Below, piece after piece: positions 26,664 through 37,494 of a DNA stretch of 39,732 nt. This DNA comes from Escherichia phage HK97, in the sequence record NC_002167.1, one strand, 5' to 3'. Position 1 is the first letter of the stretch. The number at the start of each line of letters is the position of its first letter. The notes below the pieces were generated by a model. It was not told the origin of the DNA. It was given only the letters and a program-made list of their open reading frames with translations, and searched no databases. The position numbers and the translations under genes were made by a program.

Positions 26664-26726
26664 TAGTATCACCGCCAGTGGTATTTATGTCAACACCGCC
26701 AGAGATAATTTATCACCGCAGATGGT
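26664..26726 (-). promoter_or_regulatory. OL1-OL2-OL3 operators with pL
   Basis: TATCACCGCCAGTGGTA, CAACACCGCCAGAGATA, TATCACCGCAGATGGTT match recalled lambda OL1-3; pL -35 TTGACA and -10 GATACT on the minus strand. Confidence 0.85.
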
Positions 26727-26908
26727 TATCTGTATGTTTTTTATATAGATTTATTTTTTTTGCAGGGGTGTGTGGCTTGGGAGGTGATCGAGAGATCTGA
26801 ATTGCGATGTTTAGTGAGTTGTATCTATTAATTTTCAAATAAATACAATTGGTTATGTGTTTTGGGGCGAACGTGAGGCAAAGAAACCCCGGCGCGGTGG
26901 CCGTTTAT

Positions 26909-27559
26909 TTATTGCTTAGGAGCTTGTTGTGATGACGATTGGTTAGTTGGAGCGCTCGTTAATGGTTGCTGTGTCGGTACCTGTATTATAATTGGAGCCG
27001 GGCTGGTTACTGATGGTGACTTGTCATTGCCGGAGATAATCCAACTTGAGGCTAACATCACGCCAGACAGAATCACAGTAACTAAAGTCAAGCCAACGGC
27101 CATCGCCCACTGAGTCGTTGTAAGTCCCGTTTTCAAACCGCCGATTTCACCTTTAATTTCAGCAATACCTCTCTCAATAGAAGAAAATTGCTGAGTATAA
27201 TAGGTTTTAAAGTCAGCTGATTCGCGACGCATTTCCGCAGCAATAGACTCTACCTCTGATTTGTTTTGTGAAAGCTTTGCGTCAAGTTCTTCTCTGGACA
27301 TTCCGCTCACGCTTACCTCCAGGGTATCACTCTTCATCGCTACATCTTCCTTACTTGGGCGCAAACCCGTTTCGTCCATGGCGTATGAAACTCTATTTGA
27401 TACCTTAGCATCAATACCAATACTTTGGTACTGAGATGGATCCCCATAAGGAGAAACGGTTGTCGCTGCTAGGGTTGCACTAACTATAATACTTGGAAGA
27501 ACTGATGATGTTGTTCCTGAGGTAGGTTGAACTGAAGAAACTGGCTTCAGTCTTTCCAT
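26909..27559 (-). CDS. membrane-anchored coiled-coil protein (rex-position module, gene 3)
   Basis: 216-aa ORF; start overlaps upstream stop by 13 nt; central charged helical region, single TM (WAMAVGLTLVTVILSGVMLASSWII), Pro/Ser/Gln-rich C-terminal tail. Confidence 0.6.
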   Translation of the reverse strand: MERLKPVSSVQPTSGTTSSVLPSIIVSATLAATTVSPYGDPSQYQSIGIDAKVSNRVSYAMDETGLRPSKEDVAMKSDTLEVSVSGMSREELDAKLSQNKSEVESIAAEMRRESADFKTYYTQQFSSIERGIAEIKGEIGGLKTGLTTTQWAMAVGLTLVTVILSGVMLASSWIISGNDKSPSVTSPAPIIIQVPTQQPLTSAPTNQSSSQQAPKQ

Positions 27560-27813
27560 AGCCCATTATCCCTGAGAGCTACCTGTAATGATTTTACTAA
27601 TGCAACAGCTTGATCCGGGCTCATTGAGACTGACATGTTAGGGGTCAACTCAACTTTTACTTGGAAGCTATTATTTCCTTGCTCATCAGACTGCATGTGA
27701 TGCTCAAATTCATGGCGGTAAAAAGTAATGATTGTTTCAGCACGATCAGGCGTAATAAGAACTGATGTGGCGGTCATGTGCTGAGGTATGATTTTAATAG
27801 TGTTATCTGACAT
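27547..27813 (-). CDS. small soluble protein (rex-position module, gene 2)
   Basis: 88 aa from ATG 27813 with SD aagga 7 nt upstream (frame stays open to ATG 27954, which lacks an SD); AT-rich. Confidence 0.5.
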   Translation of the reverse strand: MSDNTIKIIPQHMTATSVLITPDRAETIITFYRHEFEHHMQSDEQGNNSFQVKVELTPNMSVSMSPDQAVALVKSLQVALRDNGLWKD

Positions 27814-28005
27814 AAGTATCCTTTTTGTTTCCTTAGTATTTTTTTGCATTGACATCAGAAATAGCGAATCCACAAGAGTATGAGTAAAGCTAATCAGTTT
27901 AGTGATACGGTGACTATTAAAGTGGTAAACCACATCAAAGCTCGCAGAGTGCATACCAGGCTGTCACACATGACAAAGTAACGAGGATGCCTGATCTCAT
28001 AGCGC

Positions 28006-28161
28006 TCAAAGAGACATGCCGATAATGGCATTAACCACGCATGACGCCATAAACACGCCGCCAACGATGAAGCTGGCTTGGTTCTTCCTGGTAGCGCCAA
28101 GAGTCAACAGAACCACTGAAAGGGCAAAAAAAGGTATCGCGATTATGCTGAACGTGTTCAT
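28006..28161 (-). CDS. 51-aa two-TM membrane peptide (rex-position module, gene 1)
   Basis: ATG 28161 with SD GAGG 5 nt upstream; two hydrophobic helices; below the ORF-track size cutoff; 78 nt downstream of cI stop. Confidence 0.4.
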   Translation of the reverse strand: MNTFSIIAIPFFALSVVLLTLGATRKNQASFIVGGVFMASCVVNAIIGMSL

Positions 28162-28238
28162 GTTGACCTCAACTTATTTCGATTCTCCATCACCCTTAAT
28201 CCGCCGCCCCATGTGTTTGTTGTGATCCGTTGCTGGCC

Positions 28239-28955
<717 letters not shown>

Positions 28956-28962
28956 TTAAATC

Positions 28963-29028
28963 TATCACCGCAAGGGATAAATATCTAACACCGTGCGTGT
29001 TGACTATTTTACCTCTAGCGGTGATAAT
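28963..29028. promoter_or_regulatory. OR3-OR2-OR1 operators with pRM/pR
   Basis: TATCACCGCAAGGGATA (OR3), TAACACCGTGCGTGTTG (OR2), TACCTCTAGCGGTGATA (OR1-like); pR -35 TTGACT and -10 GATAAT upstream of cro. Confidence 0.85.
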
Positions 29029-29043
29029 GGTTGCATGTACTAA

Positions 29044-29253
<210 letters not shown>

Positions 29254-29260
29254 GTAACAC

Positions 29261-29306
29261 CGCTCTTTTCACAATGGACATTCGTCCTACGTCGCTGACA
29301 AAGCGA
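29261..29306 (+). promoter_or_regulatory. nutR (boxA + boxB)
   Basis: boxA-like CGCTCTTTT at 29261-29269; boxB hairpin tCGCTGACAAAGCGa at 29292-29306 with the same GACAA loop as nutL. Confidence 0.55.
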
Positions 29307-29390
29307 GCCCCAAGATATCTGACCAACTAAGGCCATATGCGTTTCCACGCATACCTTTCAACTAACTATTCACTATTGGAAAATTAACAA

Positions 29391-29687
29391 ATGACACAAG
29401 CAAGTTACAGCAAGCCAACACAGCGAGAAATTGATCGCGCAGAAACAGATTTACTCATCAACCTGTCAACGCTTACCCAGCGCGGTCTGGCAAAGATGAT
29501 TGGCTGTCATGAATCGAAGATAAGCAGAACGGACTGGAGATTTATTGCTTCGGTCTTGTGTGCTTTCGGAATGGCATCAGACATCAGTCCGATTAGCAGG
29601 GCTTTTAAGTATGCATTGGATGAAATCACAAAGAAAAAATCCCCGGCTGCCACCGAGGATTTTAAGCAAATTGATATGCAATTCTGA
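29391..29687 (+). CDS. cII-like transcriptional activator
   Basis: 98-aa ORF after cro and nutR; C-terminus KKKSPAATEDFKQIDMQF resembles the lambda cII tail, N-terminal region differs. Confidence 0.65.
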   Translation: MTQASYSKPTQREIDRAETDLLINLSTLTQRGLAKMIGCHESKISRTDWRFIASVLCAFGMASDISPISRAFKYALDEITKKKSPAATEDFKQIDMQF

Positions 29688-29719
29688 GGGAATTACTGGA
29701 TCAATCCACAGGAGTAATT

Positions 29720-29881
29720 ATGACAAAACGTCGTAAGAAATACCAGGAAAAAGAAGAGATTCGACACCCTGATTCACCTGAGGGATTAGTGGTAGCCGCA
29801 GCAAATAACAGGGCGTTCGCAGAGCGCCTTGTTGGTGTTTACAGACTAGCCAAAGCAGGAGTGAAACATGGGCGTCGTTAA
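29720..29881 (+). CDS. small basic hypothetical protein
   Basis: 53-aa ORF with SD aggag 5 nt upstream; 3' end overlaps the O-like gene start. Confidence 0.4.
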   Translation: MTKRRKKYQEKEEIRHPDSPEGLVVAAANNRAFAERLVGVYRLAKAGVKHGRR

Positions 29882-30689
29882 GTTAGCTGATTACAGGCCT
29901 CAACTGGAGGTCGTGGAGCATCGCGTGGCAGATACCGAAGATGGTTTCATGCGCGTTGCTAACGAGATTACCGACAGTCTGCTGATGGCTGATTTAACCG
30001 TCCGGCAGATGAAGGTGATGCTCGCTATCATGCGCAAGACATACGGATTCAATAAGCCGATGGATCGACTCACAAACACGCAGATAGCAGCCATGACAGG
30101 TATTCATCACACTCATGTTTGCGCTGCCAAGCGCCAGCTTATCGAGCGTAAATTCCTCATTGCTGATGGCGTGAAAATCGGAGTGAACAAGGTGGTTTCT
30201 CAGTGGATTAGCCAGGACAGCTTAACATTAGCTAAAACAGCTAATAAAACATTAGCCAAGTCGGCTAATGGGTATAAGCCAAGTCAGCTAAACACAAAAG
30301 ACAATATACAAAAGACAATAAATACAAATACCCCCTTACCCCCTAACGGGGGCGGCGATGGGCAGGTTAAACCTGAACGTCGCAAGGCAGAACGAATCGA
30401 CTATGAATCCTTCCTGAACGCCTACAACACCGAAGTCGGTGACAGACTGCCACACGCTGTTGCGGTCAACGAGAAACGCAAACGTCGCCTGAAGAAAATC
30501 ATTCCGCAACTGAAAACGCCAAACGTGGACGGTTTCAGAGCGTATGTCAGGGCGTTTGTGCATCAGGCCAAGCCGTTTTACTTCGGAGACAACGACACGG
30601 GCTGGACGGCAGATTTTGATTACCTGCTGAGAGAAGACTCGTTAACGGGAGTTCGGGAAGGGAAGTTTGCAGACAGGGGGATTGCATGA
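29868..30689 (+). CDS. replication initiator (O-like)
   Basis: 273-aa ORF; direct-repeat iterons followed by an AT-rich tract lie inside the coding sequence; followed by a helicase gene. Confidence 0.75.
   Translation: MGVVKLADYRPQLEVVEHRVADTEDGFMRVANEITDSLLMADLTVRQMKVMLAIMRKTYGFNKPMDRLTNTQIAAMTGIHHTHVCAAKRQLIERKFLIADGVKIGVNKVVSQWISQDSLTLAKTANKTLAKSANGYKPSQLNTKDNIQKTINTNTPLPPNGGGDGQVKPERRKAERIDYESFLNAYNTEVGDRLPHAVAVNEKRKRRLKKIIPQLKTPNVDGFRAYVRAFVHQAKPFYFGDNDTGWTADFDYLLREDSLTGVREGKFADRGIA
30205..30335. other. putative origin of replication (iterons + AT-rich tract)
   Basis: Repeated TTAGC[CT]AA-type motifs at 30205-30298 followed by acacaaaagacaatatacaaaagacaataaatacaaata, inside the initiator gene. 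Confidence 0.5.
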
Positions 30690-32062
30690 GACAGGATATC
30701 GAAGCGAGCGTTATCGGTGGCCTGCTGATTGGTGGATTAACTCCAACCGCCAGCGACGTTCTGGCAACGCTAGAGCCGGAAGCGTTTTCAATTCCGCTCT
30801 ACCGGAAAGCCTTCGAGGTTATTCGCAAGCAGGCGAGAAACAGAAACCTAATCGACGCGCTGATGGTTGCCGAGGAGTGCGGAGAGGAGCATTTCACGTC
30901 AATCCTGATGACCAGCAAAAACTGCCCGAGTGCCGCAAACCTGAAGGGATATGCCGGAATGGTCGCGGATAACTATCACCGCCGTCTGGTGCTGGAAATC
31001 ATGGATGAAATGCGTGAACCAATCCAAAGCGGAACCATCGACGCATCGAGTCAGGCGATGGATGAACTTGTAAAGCGTCTTTCAGCCATCAGAAAGCCCC
31101 GTGACGAGGTTAAACCTGTACGGTTAGGGGAAATCATCACTGACTACACTGACACGCTTGACAGGCGTCTGAGGAACGGAGAAGAGTCAGATACCCTGAA
31201 GACCGGAATCGACGAACTTGACGCCATCACCGGAGGGATGAACGCAGAAGACCTGGTGATTATCGCCGCTCGTCCTGGTATGGGTAAAACCGAACTGGCG
31301 CTGAAGATTGCCGAAGGCGTTGCAAGCCGCGTTATTCCCGGTTCTGACGTCCGGCGCGGAGTGTTGATTTTCTCAATGGAAATGAGCGCATTGCAGATTG
31401 CAGAGCGAAGCATTGCCAACGCCGGGAGGATGTCAGTTAGCGTGCTGCGAAATCCTGCATCGATGGATGACGAAGGCTGGGCGCGTGTTGCTAACGGCAT
31501 GAGTCAGCTTGCAGATTTGGATGTATGGGTAGTCGATGCCTCGCGGTTATCGGTCGAAGAAATTCGCTCAATCGCAGAACGGCACAAACAGGAAAATCCA
31601 AACCTGTCACTCATCATGGCGGATTATCTTGGCCTGATTGAGAAGCCGAAAGCAGATCGCAACGACCTCGCAATTGCTCACATCTCAGGAAGCCTGAAGG
31701 CGATGGCGAAAGACCTGAAAACGCCTGTTATCTCCCTGAGTCAGCTTTCACGCGATGTTGAGAAGCGACCAAACAAACGCCCGACAAACGCAGATTTGCG
31801 TGATTCAGGAAGCATTGAACAGGACGCAGACTCAATCATCATGCTCTATAGGGAAGCGGTATATGACGAGAACAGTAGCGCCGCGCCATTTGCTGAAATC
31901 ATTGTGACAAAAAACCGTTTTGGCTCGCTTGGTACGGTTTACCAGCGGTTCTGTAACGGACACTTTGTTGCATGTGACCAGGATGAAGCCAGACAGATTT
32001 GCACAGCATCAAATGCACCCGCTGCACGTGGCAGACGATATGCACAAGGGGCTGACGTATGA
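30686..32062 (+). CDS. replicative DNA helicase (DnaB family)
   Basis: 458-aa ORF with Walker A-like GMGKTE and DnaB-like layout; start overlaps initiator stop. Confidence 0.85.
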   Translation: MRQDIEASVIGGLLIGGLTPTASDVLATLEPEAFSIPLYRKAFEVIRKQARNRNLIDALMVAEECGEEHFTSILMTSKNCPSAANLKGYAGMVADNYHRRLVLEIMDEMREPIQSGTIDASSQAMDELVKRLSAIRKPRDEVKPVRLGEIITDYTDTLDRRLRNGEESDTLKTGIDELDAITGGMNAEDLVIIAARPGMGKTELALKIAEGVASRVIPGSDVRRGVLIFSMEMSALQIAERSIANAGRMSVSVLRNPASMDDEGWARVANGMSQLADLDVWVVDASRLSVEEIRSIAERHKQENPNLSLIMADYLGLIEKPKADRNDLAIAHISGSLKAMAKDLKTPVISLSQLSRDVEKRPNKRPTNADLRDSGSIEQDADSIIMLYREAVYDENSSAAPFAEIIVTKNRFGSLGTVYQRFCNGHFVACDQDEARQICTASNAPAARGRRYAQGADV

Positions 32063-32088
32063 CCATCTACATCACTGAGCTAATAACA

Positions 32089-32116
32089 GGGGCTATTTAC
32101 ACAGTAGCCCTTTTTT
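32089..32116 (+). terminator. intrinsic terminator after helicase (tR2-like)
   Basis: gggcta-tttacacag-tagccc followed by T6. Confidence 0.55.
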
Positions 32117-32143
32117 ATTGGATTAAGAACGAGGGGGATCCTG

Positions 32144-32356
32144 ATGGACACCGTTAACGGAATGTGTTCAGACGCACCGCGTGCCAAAAAATGTAAATGC
32201 GGAAAATCACCGACAATATTCGACATGGAGAACGGGTGCCAAATCTACTGCGCTAACCACGCCGCTGTGGCGGCCGCGAATTATCGCAGTGCGGTAACGG
32301 AGTGGAATAACCTGAAATCTGTTAGAGAGGGAAGTCATGAAAAAACTAACCTTTGA
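32144..32356 (+). CDS. small Cys-rich nin-region protein
   Basis: 70-aa ORF with SD GAGGGGG; Cys pattern CKC…C…C suggests zinc binding. Confidence 0.45.
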   Translation: MDTVNGMCSDAPRAKKCKCGKSPTIFDMENGCQIYCANHAAVAAANYRSAVTEWNNLKSVREGSHEKTNL

Positions 32357-32777
32357 AATTCGATCTCCAGCACATCAGCAAAACGCTATTCACGCGGTAC
32401 AGCAAATTCTTCCAGACACAACCAAACCAATCGTAGTAACCATTCAGGAACGCAACCGCAGCTTAGACCAAAACCGAAAGCTTTGGGCTTGCCTTGGTGA
32501 CGTCTCTCGTCAGGTTGAATGGCATGGTCGCTGGCTGGATGCAGAAAGCTGGAAGTGTGTGTTTACCGCAGCATTAAAGCAGCAGGACGTTGTTCCTAAC
32601 CTTGCCGGGAATGGCTTTGTGGTAATAGGCCAGTCAACCAGCAGGATGCGTGTAAGCGAATTTGCGGAGCTATTAGAGCTTATACAGGCATTCGGTACAG
32701 AGCGTGGCGTTAAGTGGTCAGACGAAGCGCGACTGGCTCTCGAATGGAAAGCGCGATGGGGAGATCGGGCTGCATGA
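32337..32777 (+). CDS. ninB: NinB / Orf recombination mediator
   Basis: 146-aa ORF, same size as lambda NinB and recalled sequence similarity. Confidence 0.75.
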   Translation: MKKLTFEIRSPAHQQNAIHAVQQILPDTTKPIVVTIQERNRSLDQNRKLWACLGDVSRQVEWHGRWLDAESWKCVFTAALKQQDVVPNLAGNGFVVIGQSTSRMRVSEFAELLELIQAFGTERGVKWSDEARLALEWKARWGDRAA

Positions 32778-33301
32778 CTATCAAATCAAATACGCCAGCA
32801 CACGACAAGGACTGCTGGCAAACGCCGCTTTGGCTTTTTGATGCACTGGATATTGAGTTTGGATTCTGGCTGGATTCGGCAGCGAGCGACAAAAATGCTC
32901 TGTGCGCTCACTGGTTAACTGAGGCTGACGACGCGCTAAATTCTGAGTGGATAAGCCACGGTGCAATCTGGAATAACCCACCGTACAGCAATATCAGGCC
33001 GTGGGTGGAAAAAGCCGCTGAGCAGTGCATACAACAGCGACAGACGGTAGTGATGCTTGTGCCAGAGGATATGTCTGTAGGATGGTTCAGTAAGGCTCTG
33101 GAGAGTGTTGACGAAGTTCGCATCATCACTGATGGACGGATTAATTTTATCGAACCATCGACGGGGTTGGAGAAGAAGGGAAACAGCAAAGGCTCCATGC
33201 TGCTGATTTGGCGACCGTTCATCAGTCCTCGACGGATGTTTACTACCGTATCCAAATCGGCATTGATGGCGATCGGGCAGGGCGTCAGGAGGGCTGCATG
33301 A
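32774..33301 (+). CDS. phage DNA N6-adenine methyltransferase
   Basis: From ATG 32774 (ATGA overlap with ninB stop); contains NPPY catalytic motif (…[13 protein letters not shown]…). Confidence 0.75.
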   Translation: MTIKSNTPAHDKDCWQTPLWLFDALDIEFGFWLDSAASDKNALCAHWLTEADDALNSEWISHGAIWNNPPYSNIRPWVEKAAEQCIQQRQTVVMLVPEDMSVGWFSKALESVDEVRIITDGRINFIEPSTGLEKKGNSKGSMLLIWRPFISPRRMFTTVSKSALMAIGQGVRRAA

Positions 33302-33480
33302 GGCGACAGCGACGAAGCATCACCGACATCATCTGCGAAAACTGCAATTACCTTCCAACGAAACGCTCCAGAAATAAACGCAAGCCAATCCCAAAAGAAT
33401 CTGACGTAAAAACCTTCAACTACACGGCTCACCTGTGGGATATCCGGTGGCTTAGAGAACGTGCGAGGAAAACAAGGTGA
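33298..33480 (+). CDS. ninE: NinE-like protein
   Basis: 60-aa product [30 protein letters not shown]… from ATG 33298 (ATGA overlap). Confidence 0.6.
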   Translation: MRRQRRSITDIICENCNYLPTKRSRNKRKPIPKESDVKTFNYTAHLWDIRWLRERARKTR

Positions 33481-33647
33481 TTGACCCAAATCGAAGTTAC
33501 GAACAAGAAAGCGTCGAGCGGGCTTTAACGTGCGCTAACTGCGGTCAGAAGCTGCATGTGCTTGAAGTTCACGTGTGCTCCGATTGCTGCGCAGAGCTGA
33601 TGAGCGATCCGAATAGCTCAATGTACGAGGAAGAAGACGATGAATGA
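33477..33647 (+). CDS. ninF: NinF-like protein
   Basis: 56-aa Cys-containing product from GTG 33477 (GTGA overlap with ninE stop). Confidence 0.5.
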   Translation: MIDPNRSYEQESVERALTCANCGQKLHVLEVHVCSDCCAELMSDPNSSMYEEEDDE

Positions 33648-34365
33648 GTTAATAAATGGCAATGCCATCAAAATGACAAGCATTGAAATCGCTGAGTTGG
33701 TAGAAAGCCGCCATAGCAATGTAAAAGTATCCATAGATAGATTGGTGAAACGTGGCGTTATCAAGCCTCCTGCATTGCAGCACACTAACATAATCAATGA
33801 TTTAGGTGTTATTACCGGGAAGCGTGATTTCTACGTCTTCGAAGGCGAAAAAGGTAAGCGCGATAGCATTATTGTCGTTGCCCAGTTGTCGCCGGAATTC
33901 ACCGCTCGCCTTGTTGACCGCTGGCGAGAGCTTGAAGAAGCTGCGGTTAATATCCCCAAAACGCTACCGGAAGCGTTGCGCCTTGCTGCTGATCTTGCTG
34001 AGCAGAAAATGCAACTGGAAAACCAGCTCGCAATTGCCGCACCTAAAGTTGAGTTTGCCGATCGAGTTGGCGAGGCCAGTGGAATTTTGATTGGAAACTT
34101 TGCAAAGGTTGTTGGTATTGGTCCAAACAAACTGTTTGCGTGGATGCGCGATCACAAAATCCTTATTGCTTCAGGTGCCCGGCGCAATGTGCCAATGCAG
34201 GAATATATGGAGCGCGGCTATTTCACAGTGAAAGAAACAGCAGTCAATACAAATCACGGAATACAGATATCGTTCACCACAAAAATCACCGGGCGTGGTC
34301 AACAGTGGCTGACCAGAAAGCTGCTCGATAACGGAATGCTGAAAGTAACAGGGGAGGCTGCTTAA
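33640..34365 (+). CDS. antirepressor-like protein (Rha N-terminal + KilAC C-terminal domains)
   Basis: 241-aa ORF; N-terminal region resembles Rha-type phage regulatory domain, C-terminal region resembles KilAC/Ant domain. Confidence 0.55.
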   Translation: MNELINGNAIKMTSIEIAELVESRHSNVKVSIDRLVKRGVIKPPALQHTNIINDLGVITGKRDFYVFEGEKGKRDSIIVVAQLSPEFTARLVDRWRELEEAAVNIPKTLPEALRLAADLAEQKMQLENQLAIAAPKVEFADRVGEASGILIGNFAKVVGIGPNKLFAWMRDHKILIASGARRNVPMQEYMERGYFTVKETAVNTNHGIQISFTTKITGRGQQWLTRKLLDNGMLKVTGEAA

Positions 34366-34655
34366 TGGCTAACCTACGCAAAGAAGCGCGCGGCAGAGAA
34401 TGCCAGGTACGTATTTACGGCGTATGCAATGGCAACCCTGAAACTACAGTTCTGGCACATTACCGGATGGCTGGAATTTGCGGAACTGGAATGAAGCCTG
34501 ACGACCTGATCGGTGCATGGGCTTGTAGTGACTGCCACGCGGAGATCGACCGACGCACCCATAATCTCGACAACAAAGACGCCAGACTTTACCACCTCGA
34601 AGGCGTGATCAGGACGCAGGCGATACTGCTGAAGGAGGGGAAGATTAAGCCATGA
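34365..34655 (+). CDS. DUF1364 (YbcO-like) protein
   Basis: 96-aa ORF MANLRKEARGRECQVRIYGVCNGNPETTVLAH… with Cys/His ligand pattern as recalled for DLP12 YbcO. Confidence 0.6.
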   Translation: MANLRKEARGRECQVRIYGVCNGNPETTVLAHYRMAGICGTGMKPDDLIGAWACSDCHAEIDRRTHNLDNKDARLYHLEGVIRTQAILLKEGKIKP

Positions 34656-35014
34656 ACGAATATCAGTTTGTGCTTCCATACCCGCCGTCGCTGAACACCT
34701 ACTGGCGAAGAAGGGGAAGCCAATACTACATCAGCGATAAAGGCCAGAAATACCGAAAAGACGTTCAGCAAATCATCCGCCAACTCAAGTTAGACATTTT
34801 CACCAAATCACGACTCCGCATCAAAGTAATCGCAGACGTTCCAGACTCCCGCCGCCGCGACCTCGATAACATCCTGAAAGGTTTACTCGACTCCCTTATC
34901 CACGCCGGATTTGCGGAAGACGACGAGCAATTCGATGACATTCGCGTAATTCGTGGTGTGAAAGTACCAGGCGGACGGCTTGGAATAAAAATCACAGAAC
35001 TGGAGAGCGTATGA
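34652..35014 (+). CDS. rusA: Holliday junction resolvase RusA
   Basis: 120-aa ORF with the RusA-like motif …PDSRRRDLDN…; nin-region position. Confidence 0.8.
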   Translation: MNEYQFVLPYPPSLNTYWRRRGSQYYISDKGQKYRKDVQQIIRQLKLDIFTKSRLRIKVIADVPDSRRRDLDNILKGLLDSLIHAGFAEDDEQFDDIRVIRGVKVPGGRLGIKITELESV

Positions 35015-35199
35015 ACGCCACAATTCAAACGATACCAGAACTGCTTATCCAGACACGAGGCAATCAGACCGAAGTGGCGAGGATGCTTTCCTGCGCAAGA
35101 GGAACAGTGCTCAAGTACAACCGAGACAGCAAAGGCGAGCGTCACGTAATAGTTAACGGCGTCCTGATGGTCAAACAGGGCAAGAGGGGAAGACCATGA
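35011..35199 (+). CDS. ninH: NinH-like protein
   Basis: 62-aa ORF …GNQTEVARMLSCARGTVLKY… resembles recalled lambda NinH. Confidence 0.55.
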   Translation: MNATIQTIPELLIQTRGNQTEVARMLSCARGTVLKYNRDSKGERHVIVNGVLMVKQGKRGRP

Positions 35200-35819
35200 G
35201 ACTCGAAAGCGTAGCTAAATTTCACTCGCCAAAAAGCCCGATGATGAGCGACTCACCACGGACCACGGCTTCTGACTCTCTTTCCGGTACTGATGTGATG
35301 GCTGCTATGGGGATGGCGCAATCACAAGCCGGATTCGGAATGGCTGCATTCTGCGGTAAGCATGAACTCAGCCAGAACGACAAACAAAAGGCTATCAACT
35401 ATCTGATGCAATTTGCACACAAGGTATCGGGGAAATACCGTGGTGTGGCAAAGCTCGAAGGAAATACTAAGGCAAAGGTACTGCAAGTGCTCGCAACATT
35501 CGCTTATGCGGATTATTGCCGTAGTGCCGCGACGCCGGGCGCAAGATGCAGAGATTGCCACGGTACAGGCCGTGCGGTTGATATTGCCAAAACAGAGCTG
35601 TGGGGGAGAGTTGTTGAGAAAGAATGCGGAAGATGCAAAGGTGTCGGCTATTCAAGAATGCCAGCAAGCGCCGCATATCGCGCTGTAACGATGCTAATCC
35701 CAAACCTCACCCAACCCACCTGGTCACGCACTGTTAAGCCGCTGTATGACGCTCTGGTGGTGCAATGCCACAAGGAAGAGTCAATTGCAGACAACATTTT
35801 GAACGCGGTCACACGTTAG
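35196..35819 (+). CDS. Q: late gene antiterminator Q
   Basis: 207-aa ORF matching recalled lambda Q (MRLESVAKFHSPKSPMMSDSPR…); Cys cluster CRDCHGTGR. Confidence 0.9.
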   Translation: MRLESVAKFHSPKSPMMSDSPRTTASDSLSGTDVMAAMGMAQSQAGFGMAAFCGKHELSQNDKQKAINYLMQFAHKVSGKYRGVAKLEGNTKAKVLQVLATFAYADYCRSAATPGARCRDCHGTGRAVDIAKTELWGRVVEKECGRCKGVGYSRMPASAAYRAVTMLIPNLTQPTWSRTVKPLYDALVVQCHKEESIADNILNAVTR

Positions 35820-35861
35820 CAGCATGATTGCCACGGATGGCAACATATTAACGGCATGATA

Positions 35862-35896
35862 TTGACTTTTTGAATAAAGTTGGGTAAATTTGACAT
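35862..35896 (+). promoter_or_regulatory. late promoter pR' with qut region
   Basis: -35 TTGACT, 17-bp spacer, -10 TAAATT, immediately downstream of Q. Confidence 0.7.
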
Positions 35897-35928
35897 CAAC
35901 GATGGATAAATGCACTCGTTAAATAAAG

Positions 35929-35955
35929 CCCTGAGTTAATAGCTCGGGGCTTTTT
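35929..35955 (+). terminator. tR'-like intrinsic terminator
   Basis: gccctgag-ttaata-gctcggggc (one G-U pair) followed by T5, about 35-60 nt downstream of pR'. Confidence 0.55.
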
Positions 35956-36247
35956 GCGTTTTAAGCACGGCCTTTCTGAAAGCACATCAAACCAAATACC
36001 CAGACAGACAATACCCTCACCTTATCCGCTGTGGCTACGGTGCGGTGTGCTTTGTATAAAAGAAAACCAGCTCAATGTCTGGCTTCGTGAAAGCGGGTGG
36101 CAGGAGGTTGCGCTAACAACCTCATGCCGTTTGCCGTGCATATCGGTCACGAACAAATCTGATTACTAAACACAGTAACTGGATTTGTTCTATCAGTAAT
36201 CGGCCTTATCCTAATTAAATAGAGCAATCCCTTATTGGGGGTAAGAC

Positions 36248-36568
36248 ATGAAGATGCCAGAAAAAATGACTGTAGCCGCCATTCTCGCGGCAAAGGAACA
36301 AGGCATCGGGGCAATCCTTGCGTTTGCAATGGCGTACCTTCGCGGCAGATATAATGGCGGTGCGTTTACAAAAACAGTAATCGACGCAACGATGTGCGCC
36401 ATTATCGCCTGGTTCATTCGTGACCTTCTCGACTTCGCCGGACTAAGTAGCAATCTCGCTTATATAACGAGCGTGTTCATCGGCTACATCGGTACTGACT
36501 CGATTGGTTCGCTTATCAAACGCTTCGCTGCTAAAAAAGCCGGAGTAGAAGATGGTGGAAATCAATAA
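36248..36568 (+). CDS. S: holin (class I, lambda S-like)
   Basis: 106-aa ORF with dual-start motif MKM, three TM segments; near-identical to recalled lambda S. Confidence 0.9.
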   Translation: MKMPEKMTVAAILAAKEQGIGAILAFAMAYLRGRYNGGAFTKTVIDATMCAIIAWFIRDLLDFAGLSSNLAYITSVFIGYIGTDSIGSLIKRFAAKKAGVEDGGNQ

Positions 36569-37028
36569 TCAACGTAAGGCGTTCCTCGATATGCTGGCGT
36601 GGTCAGAGGGAACTGATAACGGACGGCAGAAAACCAGAAATCATGGTTATGACGTCATTGTAGGCGGAGAGCTATTCACTGATTACTCCGATCACCCTCG
36701 CAAACTTGTCACGCTAAACCCCAAACTCAAATCAACAGCCGCCGGACGCTACCAGCTTCTTTCCCGTTGGTGGGATGCCTACCGCAAGCAGCTTGGCCTG
36801 AAAGACTTCTCTCCCAAAAGCCAGGACGCTGTGGCACTGCAGCAGATTAAGGAGCGTGGCGCTTTACCGATGATTGATCGCGGTGATATCCGTCAGGCAA
36901 TCGACCGTTGCAGCAATATCTGGGCTTCGTTGCCGGGGGCTGGTTATGGCCAGTTCGAGCATAAGGCTGACAGCCTGATTGCAAAATTCAAAGAAGCAGG
37001 CGGAACGGTCAGAGAGATTGAGGTATGA
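36552..37028 (+). CDS. R: endolysin (lytic transglycosylase, lambda R-like)
   Basis: 158-aa ORF matching recalled lambda R ([28 protein letters not shown]…). Confidence 0.9.
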   Translation: MVEINNQRKAFLDMLAWSEGTDNGRQKTRNHGYDVIVGGELFTDYSDHPRKLVTLNPKLKSTAAGRYQLLSRWWDAYRKQLGLKDFSPKSQDAVALQQIKERGALPMIDRGDIRQAIDRCSNIWASLPGAGYGQFEHKADSLIAKFKEAGGTVREIEV

Positions 37029-37462
37029 GCAGAGTCACCGCGATTATCTCCGCTCTGGTTATCTGCATCATCGTTTGCCTGTCATGGGCTGTTAATCATT
37101 ACCGTGATAACGCCATCGCCTACAAAGAGCAGCGCGACAAAGCCGCATCCATCATCGCTGACATGCAGAAGCGTCAACGTGATGTAGCAGAACTTGACGC
37201 CAGATACACAAAGGAGCTTGCTGATGCTAACGCGACTATCGAAAGTCTCCGTGCTGATGTTTCTGCTGGTCGTAAGCGCCTGCAAGTCTCTGCCACCTGT
37301 GCAAAGTCAACGACCGGAGCCAGCAGCATGGGCGATGGAGAAAGTCCAAGACTTACAGCAGATGCTGAACTCAATTATTACCGTCTCCGAAGTGGAATCG
37401 ACAGGATAACCGCGCAGGTTAACTACCTGCAGGAGTACATCAGGACTCAGTGCCTGAAATAA
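37025..37462 (+). CDS. Rz: i-spanin Rz
   Basis: 145-aa ORF with N-terminal TM anchor then coiled coil; coupled to R. Confidence 0.85.
   Translation: MSRVTAIISALVICIIVCLSWAVNHYRDNAIAYKEQRDKAASIIADMQKRQRDVAELDARYTKELADANATIESLRADVSAGRKRLQVSATCAKSTTGASSMGDGESPRLTADAELNYYRLRSGIDRITAQVNYLQEYIRTQCLK
37224..37409 (+). CDS. Rz1: o-spanin Rz1 (lipoprotein, embedded in Rz +1 frame)
   Basis: 61-aa ORF with SD aaggag; signal peptide with lipobox LLVVSAC; Pro-rich mature part; fully nested in Rz. Confidence 0.75.
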   Translation: MLTRLSKVSVLMFLLVVSACKSLPPVQSQRPEPAAWAMEKVQDLQQMLNSIITVSEVESTG

Positions 37463-37494
37463 TTTTTTTGCAAATCACAAAGTCAATTTAATGA

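Noticed and set aside
28016-28225. Plus-strand 69-aa ORF between cI and the rex-position genes
   Set aside because: Opposite in orientation to the surrounding operon; the minus strand here carries a better-supported 51-aa two-TM ORF with an SD
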